64,000 nucleotides of DNA from Parasitella parasitica NRRL 2501. Its lineage: Eukaryota; Fungi; Mucoromycota. This document shows, piece after piece, positions 63,652 through 64,000 of this stretch (its first letter is position 1; each line of letters begins with the position of its first letter). The DNA is taken from assembly GCA_025201805.1 (NCBI GenBank), contig MU619396.1, forward strand, positions 1-64,000, read 5' to 3'. Position numbers and translations under genes: made by a program. A model generated the notes under the pieces. It had not been told where the DNA came from, did no database searches, and worked only from the letters and a program-made list of their open reading frames with translations.

Positions 63652-64000
63652 TGCTTTGTTTTTTATGCTGTTTGAAAGAAAACTTTAAAGAGAAGAGAAG
63701 AAAGCAAATATATTGTGTTTTCTTTAAAAAAGTTCCAATTTAAAAGAATTGACAATGAATCGAATCCTTTCATTTATGAAGTTTTATTTCCGTATATCAA
63801 GTATGTAAATAACGTCCATCAAAAAAAGGGCCTTCGTTCTTTTATGCAATGATATACTATGCCACATAACAACGGGATATATTTTCATCCAGCTACTGTT
63901 ATTTGCTTGCATTTGTCACACGAAACACTTTTTAGATCCGGATATGGAGGTTCTTTGTGTAAATTTAATACCTGCATGTCAACACAATAACTTAATAACA

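Overview
This is a gene-dense, AT-rich eukaryotic window with short (about 50-70 nt) GT-AG introns. Intron style and gene content point to an early-diverging fungus, probably Mucorales; this is inferred, not verified. It holds two tRNA-Lys genes and about 33 protein-coding genes. Most are housekeeping: SHR3, an Egt2-like lyase, OSBP, IWS1, RPP2, DPM2, RPC40, DAHP synthase, MTQ2, a Spo71-like gene, PAC1, TOM6, ACP, HGH1, SEC61-gamma, MRPL22, OPI1, an IP kinase, SET5, TOM7 and a Myb factor. Several small spliced genes absent from the ORF track were reconstructed by hand. Highlights: (1) the same 12-mer, GTGAGACGTTTT, at the same offset behind both tRNA genes; (2) a MirB-like siderophore transporter with clustered ATCWGATAA boxes; (3) an intronless bacterial-type DapA-family gene; (4) a small 4E-BP-like gene; (5) an 89-aa microprotein with two LxxIxE motifs; (6) two convergent genes whose stop codons overlap in one CTAG; (7) a TSD-flanked poly(A) micro-insertion; (8) a DUF1640 pseudogene; (9) a 5-kb gene-free block with nested diverged repeats. 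All family calls come from recognising motifs by eye; no database searches were run.
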